Under the pieces are notes generated by a model. That model was not told where the DNA came from. It searched no databases and saw only the letters and a program-made list of their open reading frames with translations. A stretch of DNA of 64,000 nucleotides from the human T2T-CHM13v2.0 reference genome, Homo sapiens: assembly GCF_009914755.1 (NCBI RefSeq), contig NC_060933.1; one strand, 5' to 3'. Position numbers and translations under genes: made by a program. Below, one piece after another: positions 1 to 64,000 of the stretch (position 1 is its first letter; every line of letters begins with the position of its first letter).

Positions 1-339
1 AACTATTCTTGTTAGTGACTTGCTTTTCCTTTATTGCTTTATTTAACTTAGTGGTCTAATTTAGAGGTCTCGGGTTATAACTTTTAGCTGATTTCTATAA
101 GAATAAAAGTAAGCTAGAAAACACCTAGTAGTTTGAACAAGGAAGTGTCTATGTAAAGAAGGAAAATTCTTATGAAAGTTAATATGTCTGTATCTGATCT
201 TAAGAATGAAGCTACCTTTGGCTAGGCAAGTTGCAGTCTTTAACTGTGGGCAAATGATCGCCAGGAGCCTTTTCATAGTGAAGCCCAAATTAAAGTAGCT
301 TAATCCAATAATTCTCTTGTTAAAATAACACAGTGTGCC

Positions 340-520
340 AAGCAGTATACAGATACTTTACCTGGATTATCTCATGTAATCTTCATAGAAACTCAGTGAA
401 GTGTAGATGTTTTCTTATGTGTAAAGTGGGAATAACTGAGGTTTAAAGAAGTAACTTGCTCAGTGTTAGAGAGCTAGTAAGTAGCAGGCAGATTCCAAAA
501 AGCGCATGCTTGCAACTACT
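340..520. mobile_element. MIR fragment
   Basis: Core-like motif aactgaggtttaaagaagtaacttgctcag...gctagtaagtagcagg. Confidence 0.55.
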
Positions 521-1663
521 CTACCATACTACCTCTCATTTTAAGAGAAGCATGCTTTTAAAAAACTATTGTAAAACACCATCTATCTATAGCATGTCAG
601 TTTGTTTAAATAACTTAAAAATTTCTGTTTATCTCTCTAGTCAGAATGCTTTCACAGAACAGATACTATAAACCAGAGAAGTTCTTTTTCTTGTCCATAA
701 ACACCTGTATGTACTTCTCTGTGGGGGAGAACACATACTTTTTAGTATTAAAAGGGTTGCTTAAACCAAATAGGTTCAACTGTTACTTTTAATACAGTGT
801 CAAGGCTTTACCATGGGATTGAAATCAAATGAAATGTTACAGCATCACTTAGAATTTTGTGGGTAACTTAGGCTAGGCTATAATTAAAAACTCATCTGGC
901 AAACGTCTTAAAATATGTTGTCTTTGCTCCCAGCATTCTTTAAGATTTCTGGAGCTATTCTCAGTCTGTGGTACATGATTTTGAGTAGCCTTAATTGTGG
1001 CTACTGCAAATAGAAGTCAGTGAGCCAATTCTGAATAAAATCAAGTGGTATTTTTAGATGAAAGTTTTTCCAAAAAGTAACAAAACTGATTTTCTTGAGT
1101 ATATTGATGTAGTGATCTTTTTTCTAAGAGTTCCAAAAATGTTTTTAATAGTGTCAAATGTAATTATTTCTAGGTTTTGATGGGAGAGAGAGTAGATTTT
1201 TCTTGAATTAAGTGTCATGTCAGTCTTGAGTACAGGAGGGAACTAGAATGAGTTGTTTAATTTCAGAACCCTGGTAAAATAACCTGTCTGCTCTATTGCT
1301 TCTTGGTTGTTATTGGTGTCTTTACCAAAGACTTAGAGTATTTCCTCTAACTGTCTATGACTTGTAGGCTCCTGAGTGGATGGTAATCAAAAGGAGGAAG
1401 GAATAAGTTAGATATGCATTTCATTTTCTCGTTGCTCATGTGTTGCAAGATCACTTAGTACTTAGAAAAAGAACTTTACAGATACCAGTTGATTTCACCT
1501 CTTCAAACTTATATATCGTCCCTTTACATTTATGCTTCTCAAAGATGGTCAGAAACACTGCATTTTCACCCATGTAAGGTGTTTAAGAAACAGATTCCTG
1601 AGGGGACCCTCTCTCTCCCTGCTTCCTCATTGTGTGGGCCTTGGGTAGGGCCTAAGAATCCGC

Positions 1664-1959
1664 TTTTTTTTTGGTTTAGACTGAGTCTTGCTCTTGTTGC
1701 TTAGGCTGGAGTACAATGGCATAATCTCAGTTCACTGCAACCTCCCCCTCCAGGGTTCAAGTGATGTCTCCTGCCTCTGCCTCCCAAGTAGCTGGGATTA
1801 CAGGCACCCACTACCACGCCTGCCTAATTTTTGTATTTTTAGTAGAGACAGGGTTTCACCATGTTGGCCAGGCTGGTCTTGAACCCTGACCTTAGGTGAT
1901 TGACCTGCCCCGGCCTCCCAAAGTGCTGGGATTACAGGCATGAGCCACCAAGTCCAGCC
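1664..1959 (-). mobile_element. Alu (S-type)
   Basis: Full Alu reverse complement; TSD-like taagaatccgc / taggaatctgc. Confidence 0.9.
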
Positions 1960-2053
1960 TAGGAATCTGCTTTTCAAAGAGGTACCACGCTGGCCATTAA
2001 GTATACGGAGCAGTGGTTCTGTCACAGGCTACATAGTTTAGGCACTAGATTTA

Positions 2054-2208
<155 letters not shown>

Positions 2209-2316
2209 GATTTTGGTTTGAATTCCACGTCTTTAGTTTATTATTAAGGTTTTTGTTTTCTCTTAAATTTTTCAGCTTTTAATTTCCTTATCTGTCAATA
2301 ACTATTTGACCTGTGT

Positions 2317-2920
<604 letters not shown>

Positions 2921-3037
2921 CTTTCTTCTAATAATATTGAAAATAACCTGGTGATAATGGTATAAAACTTTTTGCTTTTCATTTACTAATTAATAAAGAC
3001 AGGTTGTTTTGGTAAATACTCTTCCCCCCCGCCAGCC

Positions 3038-3600
<563 letters not shown>

Positions 3601-3629
3601 GGTCTACATACTCTTAAATAATACTTAGA

Positions 3630-4250
<621 letters not shown>

Positions 4251-6618
4251 AGCACACATACCTTTTAACCTAATTATGTTGTTTCTACTATTAGCAAAAT
4301 AGATGTCAGGCGGTCATACTTTATTATATATTTGATTAAGACCTTTTTATATAAAAGCACAGTTTTCTGTTTAGTAAGTTGGACATGTTTCCAGACATTT
4401 GTGGGCCTGGTCTCTCCCAAACACTCTATATTTTGAACATGGTACTTGCTCCTCAATGAAAAATTGCTGTTTTATAGTATGATGGAAATATGCATACCTA
4501 ACTTTGAGAGTATAAAGGTAGAGGAGATATTTTAGTTCCTGAAGGAGAACAGCAGTATACAAGGATAAAGAAGCAGAAAATATGGGGCTACCTGAGAGTA
4601 GATTAATACAGCTGGAGTGTAGAAAGCATATAGTGAGTAAGAAGAAATGAAACTAAAGGTAAATAAAGATTTCCAGTTAAACATGGCAGGTTAAGATACA
4701 TGTTTCTTTCCACTCCTTCCTAAACCATCCTAGAAGACAGTAAAATAATAAATCCATAAACCCCCGAGGACAAAAAAAGGCACAGAAATCAAAACACAAG
4801 AGAAAGCAACAAAATTTTGGAAGGCACAACACTAATTAACATTGCCTAGTTTAGCAGGCCAGAGAAAACTGAAACCTATGTACGAGAAGCCAACAAACAA
4901 AGCAAGCAAATTGGTGTTGGAGAACCTTGGGGAAGGCTCAGGCCTTGAATTCACTAGGTAGTTTGGAGGAAGGCATGTGGAATAGAACTAAAAACAAGAG
5001 GATTGGTTAATTTGTATTAACATTTTAACCACTTTTAACCCTACCTAGTGTTTAAAACAGGAAAGAAGACATGCTCTCCAGGAAATAGGATTCAATATAG
5101 GAGGTAATGGAAGGAGATGCTAGCATGAAAGCTGTGGACCAGGCGTAAAGCCTACAAAGCCTACAATCTGGACAAAGCAAGGTGTCCAGATTGGAATTTG
5201 ACAGAGGCTCTAGAAGAAATGTTTCAAAGTTGAAAAAAGACAGAGTACCTAAGATGTCTGAACAGTTTTACAACTGTGTAGGAATGTAGATAAATTAATG
5301 ATAGGTACATAGTAACAACCAAAAAGAGCAACCAAATACTCAAAGGAAAACACAGTTGTGGAAGGAAGGAAATGTAATTAAAGCATACTTCATTACTTAT
5401 CTGTGAATACTATTTAGTTAACATGTAAAAAATATTGATTTTACAAACTACATAGTTTCTATAATATGTTCAAGAAGAAGAAAAAGTTTGTCTCTGTTAA
5501 GTGTATGGATTCTAGAGCCAGGTGATCAGTTTGAAAAACGTCTCTGTTTTTATTACCGTCCAAATAAATAACTTCTATGCTTCATCTGTAAAATGGGGAT
5601 AGAATAATGCCAGACTGTCCTAAGGGTTGTTATAAGTATATGTGAACGCTTAATGCAGTGCTGTGTGTTAGTAATTATAAGAGGAGGATGGAGGCAAGTG
5701 AACTGTATTTGGTGGATGTTAAGAGTAACAGTTTAACAACAAAAAATACAAAGCATGCTGTTTGAAAATGTGGAGGTAAATAAGATAAGAATGGAAAGTT
5801 TTCGCCTCTTGAGTAACAGGAGTTAGGAATGTGGTAGGTTGTGGCAGTAGACAGACTACTTGTCTTCATTGTAAGCCTTGAATGTCACCTTTTAAAGTTT
5901 GTACACATAAGGAAAAACTTCAAAAAATAGGAAGAGCCTTTTGTGTTTAGCCAGTGTTTGGATTTTCAATTGCGTAGCATTTGTGTTTATTACGGAAATC
6001 TTTAAACATCGCAGAACAAGCAGTATCATGAGCCCATCACCTTGCTTTAACCATCATCAACTCATAGCCAATTTTGTCTTTACCTTTACCAGCACCTTTG
6101 AGCACCACTGTATTATTTTGAAGCAAGTCCTGAACCTTATATGATTTCCATTGCAAATGGCCTCATTTGTGGCCCTAGAAACTGGATCCTAAGAAGTAAA
6201 GGTCTTAAGAAAGACCTTTACTGACCAGCTGCAAGTAGTGCAGTTAGCTGATCGTCTTCAACTACAGCACTTTCTAACTCTGCCACAGTGTTTGAAGCAA
6301 AGCTATGCTCTTTCTTGGCCTCCCTCAGCCAGTGACCAAGTGTGACAGTGCTTCTGGATTTGGCAATTTCTGCCCAATGTTAATTTCACACCTGAGCTTA
6401 CCATTAGACTGGCCAAGATGTTGTCAGAGTTGAACAGCACTCAGGCTTTTCCTGCCCCTTCCTTCTTTCAAAATGATAGACCAGCATCATGGTCTAAGGG
6501 CTTTTACTGCCTAGTTCTCCTTTCTTTCCCTGTCTTTCATAGGTGTTACCTTCATCTTGTCGTCTGTTTCCCAGAGTATCCAACGGACAAAATGGCTTAA
6601 AAAGGATTCTTTTTAGAG

Positions 6619-7180
6619 TTTGCAGAAAAGAGTTAACATCAGATCTGAGACTGGTATCCCTAAAATGGTCAGCTTATATGGGTTGGCCCTGGCCTGCTGT
6701 TTGGAAACCTTAGATTTCAGGAACATTCCCATTATTTTCTGATTAAAAATAGTTCTCTGTGCCTAAACTGTTTTTGCAAACAGTATGGTTTATGCTGAAC
6801 ACTTGCTTCTGGGAGTCTGGAATTCTGGTATGTGCTAGGCAGTACCTGTTATCAGCCCCTAATTATCTTGAATGCTCTAATCTGCCCTAGCAGACAATAT
6901 TTCCCATGTGTTGTCACAGTTGGTTGTTGGAGGCATTAAGCATGCCCTGTGTGACTCTACTAGGAGATGACTCTTAGAGAGCTTGTGTCTGGTTTCCTCT
7001 GGTCACCTCATGTGCCTTTTCCCTTTGCTGATTTTGCTTTTCATTGTTGTTTGTTTTTTGTTTGTTTTTTGACTGTATTAACTCAGCCATGGGTATAGCT
7101 TCATGCTATAATGTGTAGAGGAGTCCTGTGAGTTCTGCTACATCATTGAACCTGGGAACAGACTTGGAAACACTGACATA
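6619..7180 (+). mobile_element. Solo LTR, MER68-like (ERVL)
   Basis: Starts tgcagaaaagagttaacatcagatctgagactggtatcc and contains tatggtttatgctgaacacttgcttctgggagtctggaatt; recognised by eye; sits within old L1 fragments. Confidence 0.65.
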
Positions 7181-8516
7181 CAAAGTGTAACAACAAATGT
7201 CACATAAAATTCCCAATGATTCCTTAACATCAAATAACCAATCAATGTTCATAGTTCCTTAATTATCTATTTAAAAATGTACTTAGGTTGTTCAAATAAG
7301 GATCAAAAACAAACCCCACCCATTACATTTAGTTGGTAAGTCTCTATCTACAGATTTCTTCCCCTTCCCCCCCCCCATTTATTTAAATAAACTGTGTCAT
7401 TTGTCTTGTACAATTTTCTCAGTCTGGATTTTACTGATCACATTCCTGTAGTGATATTTGACACATTCTTCTGTTATGTGTTAGTTTCCTGAGAAGCTAA
7501 TAATTAAAGTTTAATTTGATTTAAACTCTGTTAGATAAGACTACTTGAGAGACAGTGTTTGTTTACCTATGGCATGGTATCCCATCAGGAGACACATAAT
7601 ACTTTTCTGTGGTAAGATTCAGGTGTTGTCAGCCTGATACACTCAAAATTTGTTACCAGCTTGTATTGTAATTCCCTAGAATCCTTCAAAGGTTGACCGG
7701 TGAGATTGATACTTTTAAGTATTATTATGAACTTCCAGTGCCTTTTAACACCTATTTTTAACCTATCCCAGTTGTTACTTTGATGCTTATATTGTCTCAT
7801 CTTTAGCCTTTGGAAGATCCTTCAAGTTTAAAGTGACATAATAGTTTTTGAATGTTTCTTTGTGTTCAGGTATAACAGAATGTTCCAGCCCTGGGTTCAG
7901 CCATGTCTAGGAATCCCAGTTATTTCAAATTGGAAATGGTATTTAGAGCACATAGTCTGTGCTGCTTACTGATATGTGTTTGGTCATGTTTCTAGGTCTT
8001 TTCGTTGGAAAAGAACTAGGAAATAATACTTAAATATACCATGGGTGAATATTGATAGTTCCAATTAAATTTAGAGGAGGAAAGGGTTACAACTTAACCT
8101 CTGTGGTTTTATGTTTATTTTCTCTTAACCTGAAAATCACAGTTCCTAATGATATCACTGATTTGCTTTATCCTACTCACGGTAGTTTCAGACTAACAAT
8201 ACTTTCATATTGCAAACAATAGGACTACTGAAAAGTTACGTGTTTTTTTTGTCTTTAGGAAATATATCATTTGGGCTGTCTAGTGAACTTGGTGTGCTTT
8301 CACATAACTTGTAATTGTTTATCCTGGTGGTGTTAGGCTACCAGTTGTGTAGTTTCGTTCATTATGCTTTTGGTTTTTAGGGATTTCTCACATTTTGTTA
8401 ATTGTGTTTATAATTATGTGACACATTACATAGTTCTGTAGTTAAATCTCCAAAACAAAATATACTAAGAGAAATTGAGCTTCCATCCTGATTCCTTCTA
8501 TCTTGTTTCTTACCTA

Positions 8517-8833
8517 GTTTTTTTTTGTTTTTTTTTTTGTTTGTTTGTTTGTTTTTGAGACGGAGTCTCGCTGTCGCCCAGGTTGGAGTGCAGTGGCGCG
8601 ATCTCGGCTCACTGCAGGCTCCGCCCCCCGGGGTTCACGCCATTCTCCTGCCTCAGCCTCCCGAGTAGTAGCTGGGACTACAGGCGCCCGCCACCACACC
8701 CGGCTAATTTTTAGTTCAGACGGGGTTTCACCATGTTAGCCAGCATGGTCTCGATCTCCTGACCTCGTGATCCGCCTTTCTCGGCCTCCCAAAGTGCTGG
8801 GATTACAGGCGTGAGCCACCGCGCCCGGCCTGT

Positions 8834-8869
<36 letters not shown>

Positions 8870-8978
8870 TTGAGACAGAGTCTCAGTCTGTCACCAGGCT
8901 GGAGTGCAGTGGCACGATCTGGGCTCACTGCAGTCTCTGCCTCCCTGGGTTCAAGCGATTCTCCTGCCTCAGCCTCCC
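8517..8978 (-). mobile_element. Young CpG-rich AluY (Ye-like, 8517-8830) plus (GTT)n tail and 5'-truncated Alu arm (8831-8978)
   Basis: ctgcaggctccgccccccggggttc motif; shared flanking repeat acctagtttttt at 8512 and 8979. Confidence 0.85.
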
Positions 8979-10735
8979 ACCTAGTTTTTTAAGTAACAAT
9001 GTTAGTTTGGTTTACGCTTCTGTTTTAATAAAAGTGTATTGTGTATATATGCATTTGTATATATGCCATATACCCATATCTAGTGTATATATGTGTATTT
9101 ATGCATATATACACTAGATAGAAAATAGAAACTACACATACCGTTTGCACCTTATTTTTTTTAAGTTCATATATCCTGGAGATCACTTCCTAGTATGTTT
9201 CTCATTTCTTTTTTATAGGAGCACAATATTCTATTATGTACCTGTATTATGTTATCTTAAGGGTTTCTGTTATGGACGTTTGATTGTTTTTAGACCTGTT
9301 ACAAATAGTGCAGCTATAAATAGCCTTGTGTATCTTTTCATCAGGATTTTATTTATGTCCAGGATACAGTCCTAGAGGTGGAATTCCTGGGTCAGAAAGC
9401 AAATGTATAGACAGTGTTTCTGGTAATTAACAGATGCCCCTCTAAGAGGGGAAAATACCACTTTGTATTTGTCAGCAATATATGAGAGTACTTGTTTTCC
9501 CATAGCCTGTCAACAAATTGTAATCAAACTTCATAAAATATTTTAAGTAGGTCTGTGTCTTAGAATCTTCATTTTGGCAGAAATATGATATGGGTTGAAA
9601 GGTGTGATCCTAAAGATGGGGAAATGTGTTGGGCCTAGTCTGAGAAAGGTAGATTTTAACTAAGGATATAGAGTTACATTAAACAGTCATTAACAGGTTA
9701 TCGTAAATGGGACTAAGTAACTGGATAAAGGCAACATAAGACAAATTGGAGATAACTCTTACACTTCTAAGAGCATGAAGGGTTTTTCTCAGAGAATACT
9801 GAGCACCAGCAGATTATGGGGTAGGGGGATTCCATTTTGGATGCTTTGCATTTGAGGTGCTTCTGGGACATTTCAGTTTGGGGTGTAGATGGTTATATGA
9901 ATCTGAAAAGTTTAGGCGAGAGTGGAGCTTTAGAGTTGTCACTGTATATTTTAAAATATGTGTAGCTGAAGATGCCCAGGAAAATATTAGGTAACATTTG
10001 AGCGCATAATAGGTTCCCGACTTTAAGAGTAGTTTTATGTTCCTTTTCTGTTTTTTTGTTTTTTCTTCCCCCTAGCAATTGACTTACTGTCTCCTTGGTT
10101 AGAATTTAAAAATGTATGCTTCATTTTCATGACTTACCTTTTACAGACTTAACTATGTATGTGTATGAGTACAGATAGAATATATATAATCCACTATATA
10201 ATTCTCTCCTGAGTTTGTACAAATTTAGTTTTGGTGCAGGAATAGCTTAAATTCCCTTGCTGTGGTGCCCTGTCTCCATATAAACATAACTGTATATACA
10301 ATTTTAAAACTTTGTTGAGGTTCTCTACTTAGTTCAAAATCTTTCCATTCTGGGTATTTAATTTTGACAGAGTTAGGTTAATGGAGGTGGTTCTTTTGCC
10401 ACTGAAATATGCTTTTTACAGTGTTATTTAAAAACATACAGAATGATGATAATGTGTTGTCCAAGTAATTTTCACTTTACAGCTGAGAAAGGAATATTAT
10501 CTGAAATAGAACAGGTTTCTGTCTTACATGGACTTAAGAATATTGAGGCAGGAAATGAATTTACAACTGTGGAATTAGAAAAGCATTAAAAGATCTAGTT
10601 TAACCTCATTTTATAGATTGAGAAAAATGTTTGTTATTTTTCTGACCAAACCGTTGTGAAACAACACGAGTGTATAAATACCAGATGTTGGGCTACAGAC
10701 TTTAAATTTAGGTTTGACCATTAAAAAATGGGATT

Positions 10736-10989
10736 GGCCAAGGCGGGCAGATCACGGGGTCAGGAGATTGAGACCATCCTGGCTAACATGGTGAAACCCC
10801 GTCTCTACTAAAAATACAAAAAAACCAACCAGGAGTGGTGGCAGGTACTTGTAGTCCCAGCTACTTGGGAGGCTGAGGCAGGAGAATCGCTTGGACCCAG
10901 GAGGCGGAGGTTACACTGAGCTGAGATCATGCCATTGTACTCCAACCTGGGCAACAGAGTAAGACTCCGTCTCAAAAAAAGAAAAAAAG
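10736..10989 (+). mobile_element. 5'-truncated Alu
   Basis: Starts at ggccaaggcgggcagatcac; TSD-like aaaaaatgggatt / aaaaaagtagggatt. Confidence 0.88.
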
Positions 10990-11911
10990 TAGGGATTGAA
11001 ATGGAGAGGAGTAGAACTATAGACATAATTTTGTACTTGTCAGGTTCCTTCTTTAAGATTATTTCTGCATAATAAAAAAATACTAATTGACATTTACTTA
11101 CCCCCATTATGTACTGTTCTAAGTGATTTAAAAGACTTCTCATTTTAGTCCTCAAAACCACCATATGAGATACAGTTACCATTAGGTACGTTTTACGGGT
11201 TAGGAATATAGTCCAAAAGATTTGGTAACTTTCCCAAGTATACACAGTGGCCAGAAGCTAAGTTGAGGGGTTGGTGGGAAGTTGAGGGAGAAGCTAAATT
11301 GGGAATCTAAACCTAGGCAGACTGAAAATAGAACATCTTTTGAGTGAAGACACCAGGATTGATACAAGGATCCAAAACCTTGTCACATGAGTTGAAGGAA
11401 ATTCATTAAAAATGGTTTGAATTAGGAAAGATGATGATTGAGGCTGGCAGGGACATTTAGGCTAAGTGTTAGATCTGTTGTGGCAAGAGTGTGTCGATTT
11501 CTTCATGGACTTAAGGCATAGAATGAGTTCCAAAAGCTTATCTTTGATTCAGTATCAAGTACCTTCTCTTTCCTATGTCAGAACTACGTGAACACAGAGT
11601 GGCTTTTCTTAGAGTTAAAACTGCCCCCCAGCCCCCATCACCTACGTAAGATCCCACACAGGATTAATATCTATTTAATCGAAATGAGTTAGGTACACTA
11701 TTAGAGTCCTGAGCTTACATAGTCCTTGTTTGATTTGGAAGAGCCAGAGCTAGCTCCTTCTAACTTCAGGCCCACTTTGGTTTTGAGCAGGCCACTCTTA
11801 GTTGGGTAACGGTTCAAGATTTCTTCCCTTAGTTTCTACCTTTTTAATGCTGCCTCACTCTAGGATATGATATTTAATATCATAAATACTAATTCCTGTA
11901 TTTCTATGGCA

Positions 11912-12086
11912 CAGTGGGTTTTTAAACTTGAGCATGCATCGGAATCACTGAGGGGATTTGTAAATGTAGATTGCTGGACCTCATTTCCAGAGTTTCTGAC
12001 TAAGGGTCTGAGATGGAGCCCAAGAATTTGGATTTCCAGATGATGTTGATGCTGCTGATCTTGGGACCATACTTTGAGAACCACTG
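11912..12086. mobile_element. MER5A-like hAT-Charlie DNA transposon
   Basis: Terminal inverted repeats cagtgggtttttaaac ... ctttgagaaccactg with typical MER5 internal motifs. Confidence 0.8.
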
Positions 12087-12195
12087 CTGTAGTAGCCTGG
12101 CCTACCTTTGATAGATTGAGCTTTTTAAGAGTAAGAACCAGATGTTACTCATTTCTTTGTCCCTCTACTACCTAGCAATACATAGGAGCAGCAGC

Positions 12196-12665
12196 TTTTT
12201 TGTTTGTTTGTTTGTTTATACTTTTAAGTTCTAGGGTGCATGTGCACAACGAGCTCGTTTGTTACATATGCATACATGTGCCATGTTGGTGTGCTGCACC
12301 CATTAACTTGTCATTTACATTAGGTATATCTCCTAATGCTATCCCTCCCCCCTCTCTCCACCCCACAACAGGCCCGGGTGTGCGATGTTCCCCTTCCTGT
12401 GTCCAAGTGTTGTCATTGTTCAATTCCCACCTATGAGTGAGAGCATGCGGTGTTTGGTTTTTTGTACTTGCGATAGTTTGCTGAGAATGATGGTTTCCAG
12501 CTTCATCCATGTCCCTACAAAGGACATGCACTTATCCTTTTTTATGGCTGCATAATATTCCATGGTGTATATATGCCACATTTTCTTAATCCAGTCTATC
12601 ATTGATGGACATTTGGGTTGGTTCCAAGTCTTTGCTATTGTGAATAGTGCTGCAGTGAGCATACT
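12196..12665 (-). mobile_element. 5'-truncated L1PA 3' end (~470 bp)
   Basis: ORF2 C-terminus ALFTIAKTWNQPKCPSMIDWIKKMWHIYTMEYYAAIKK plus 3'UTR; TSD aggagcagcag at 12184 and 12668. Confidence 0.93.
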
Positions 12666-12766
12666 TGAGGAGCAGCAGGTCTTAATTTTATAGAAGCCAG
12701 TGTGGACTGTTACTGATTTCTTTGGTCTGATGATATCAGGAAGTTAGGCCTAAAAGTGAAGAACCT

Positions 12767-13070
12767 GGCTCAGCATGATTGCTTATGCCTGTAATCCAAG
12801 CACTTTGGGAGGCCAAGATGGGAGAATTGCTTCAGCCCTGGAGTCTGAGACCAGCCTGGGCAACATGGTGAGAGCCTGTCTCCACAAAAAGTTTTAAAAC
12901 TAGCCAGGCATAGTGGCATGCGTCTGTAGCCCCCGCTTCTTGGGAGGCTGAGGTAAGAGGATTGCTTGAGCCTGGGAGGCCAAGGCTGCAGCGGGCATGA
13001 TCACACCACTGCACTCCAGCCTGGGTGACAGAGTGAAACCCTGTCTCTAAAAACAATAAATAAAAATATG
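12767..13070 (+). mobile_element. AluJ
   Basis: Full Alu; TSD taaaagtgaagaacct / taaaattgaagaacct. Confidence 0.9.
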
Positions 13071-13261
13071 TAAAATTGAAGAACCTTATAAAGCTTTAGG
13101 TTCAGGTCAGGTTAGGTTTGTAATACTTACTATTAGGAAATATACATACAGCCAAGTTACTGATAGAATTTTTACATGGTTTTACTTTCTGATGAAATTT
13201 CTTGGCTTTTTTCTTTTTAAAATGTTTCTAGAGAGCTGGCTACATGTAAAAACTAGAATCT

Positions 13262-16292
<3,031 letters not shown>

Positions 16293-16450
16293 AGAAACTG
16301 GAATCTTTCCTTTCTCTTTCAGGGAAAATGGAGACTATCGGAATATGCCAGGTTCATGTTCTTATAAGTACTGCAAAATGGCAGAACTTGATGAACTTGT
16401 ACAAAGATCAGAAAGAGGCCATCATCTAGTCCTGTTAAAACTTAAACTTG

Positions 16451-17055
<605 letters not shown>

Positions 17056-17637
17056 TGGGTTAAAAAAATGTAGAGCAAGAGCTTATGTTTTTATCACCCT
17101 CCCCAGTCCCCTACTTTCCCAGCTAGCAATGAACGTCTTAATAAGACTTTAACAAGAATAGTTTTGCTCTGGGAAGTCAAATCATGAGTGTATATCATTT
17201 AAGTGCCATTACAAATATTCAGTCTCCCATTGCGAATATCTAGATTATAACAGTAATACGTGACTGAATAGATACATAACATATAGTTTATTCTAGAAAA
17301 ATTGTATATAGCTCCCTCAAAGTAGATGATTGTGGTTCTTGAATGCGGGCTGAACACTTACTTGCCTGACAACCTGCAAGCCATGAAGAGATCCACATCT
17401 CCAAGGCCTAGTGGGAATGGGGAGACAGTTCATGCTGATATAGAAACTACCCTGTAGGTATCGCAGTACAGGTGAGAAACCAACATGAAGTAATAACACC
17501 TGCTATTTAAGGACACTTCAACCTATTTTACTCTTTCTCTTAGATGATTAACTCAGCAAATTAGGTTTTTCTGTACATTGCATAAAACTTTAGTTGTCTT
17601 TGGTAATCATAAGCCATATGGTTTTCTCTCTCCTCAG

Positions 17638-63230
<45,593 letters not shown>

Positions 63231-64000
63231 TCTGCCTGCTTTCACTGTGTTGTTCATGGTGGCTTTTTGGACAATAAAGAATCTAAAATGGGTGGGGAGG
63301 GTGGAAGAAATGGTGGACTGTATCTCTCACGTTCTGAAGCAGCTAATCCTCTTTCCCACATAGCCATCATCTTGTGTGTGTAGTAAGAGGCCCATTTCTC
63401 AACTGTCTTTTAAATATCTAAAGGTAGTTCCTGTAACAACTAGTTTTAATGAGTAAAAAGTCAAAGCCTCAGCTCTAGTTGATATCCAAGTTATGATTTA
63501 TTTTGCAACTACCTCAGGACAGAAAAGATTTATGGGGATTTTAAAAATCATTGAATAACTAGTTAAATGAAATTTTAGCTACACACTGCCTCCCAAATAT
63601 TAGTTGTGCCTGGTTCTTGTAATTTGATTTTACAGAAAAGGAAATGACACTTGAGATCCTTGGAATGAACACAGCTTCTAAAGTGTGCATATACTTTTTT
63701 AACGTCTCTTCTTCCATTACAATGTGTGTTTTGCAAGGACAGGTTCATTTTTTTTAGCCCACTTTGTGAACTCCATTGTGCTTTTTTCTGGTGTTTTATG
63801 CAAGTTGACTACTAATGACTAATGAGAACAATAATGAATGCATTGTTGCTGCATTAGTGTAATGTGGTGTGGTTTTGCACTTAAAAGAGGTATTCATATG
63901 CTCTAGTTGTAAATGTTCATGAAAATCCACTTCTCTACTAGTCGAACTGCTTTTAGTGTCTCACCAGTGGTTTTACATCTGCAGAGTTTTGAGGGCTGTG
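63231..64000 (+). other. UHRF2: UHRF2 3'UTR (probably continues beyond the window)
   Basis: Follows the stop codon; repeat-free, U/UG-rich; AATAAA at 63273-63278; several miRNA seed matches. Confidence 0.85.
63508..63516 (+). promoter_or_regulatory. let-7/miR-98 8mer (CTACCTCA, 63509-63516) overlapping a miR-196 7mer-m8 (ACTACCT, 63508-63514)
   Basis: Exact seed complements in the 3'UTR. Confidence 0.7.

Noticed and set aside
16305-16360. Strong acceptor tttcctttctctttcag just after the L1 TSD
   Set aside because: No convincing donor nearby; cannot define an exon from sequence alone
17340-17480. Donor-like CAG|gtgaga at 17471 and a minus-strand gtaagt upstream of exon 4
   Set aside because: No matching acceptor or coherent exon on either strand

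Overview
Human or hominid genomic DNA, AT-rich and dense in Alu, L1, L2, MIR and MER repeats. It contains the 3' portion of UHRF2 (NIRF/Np97), an E3 ubiquitin ligase and epigenetic reader, on the + strand. The window starts inside intron 3 (exon numbering follows my recollection of the 16-exon model). Thirteen coding exons (4-16) lie at 17638-63230. All have canonical AG/GT boundaries and compatible phases and join into one 1765-nt open frame covering the C-terminal tandem Tudor, PHD, SRA/YDG and RING domains, followed by ~770 nt of 3'UTR. Nearly all other ORFs in the track are repeat-derived. The most interesting signal is at ~49.3-57.0 kb around the SRA exons, including a ~6.6-kb Alu-free stretch. 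There, constitutive splice sites are weak while several strong non-constitutive splice sites define at least four candidate stop-containing ('poison') cassette exons plus alternative 5'/3' sites. Two of the cassettes sit next to long complementary segments that could sequester their splice signals. Together these suggest an RNA-structure-gated unproductive-splicing/NMD module for UHRF2; this is an inference that needs RNA-seq and conservation checks. Other notable items are a twin-primed (5'-inverted) L1PA with TSD, an inverted L1 3'-end pair, nearly abutting inverted Alus, a 68-bp tandem duplication beside the exon 9 acceptor, and overlapping let-7/miR-196 sites in the 3'UTR. Repeat boundaries and subfamily calls were made by eye and are approximate.
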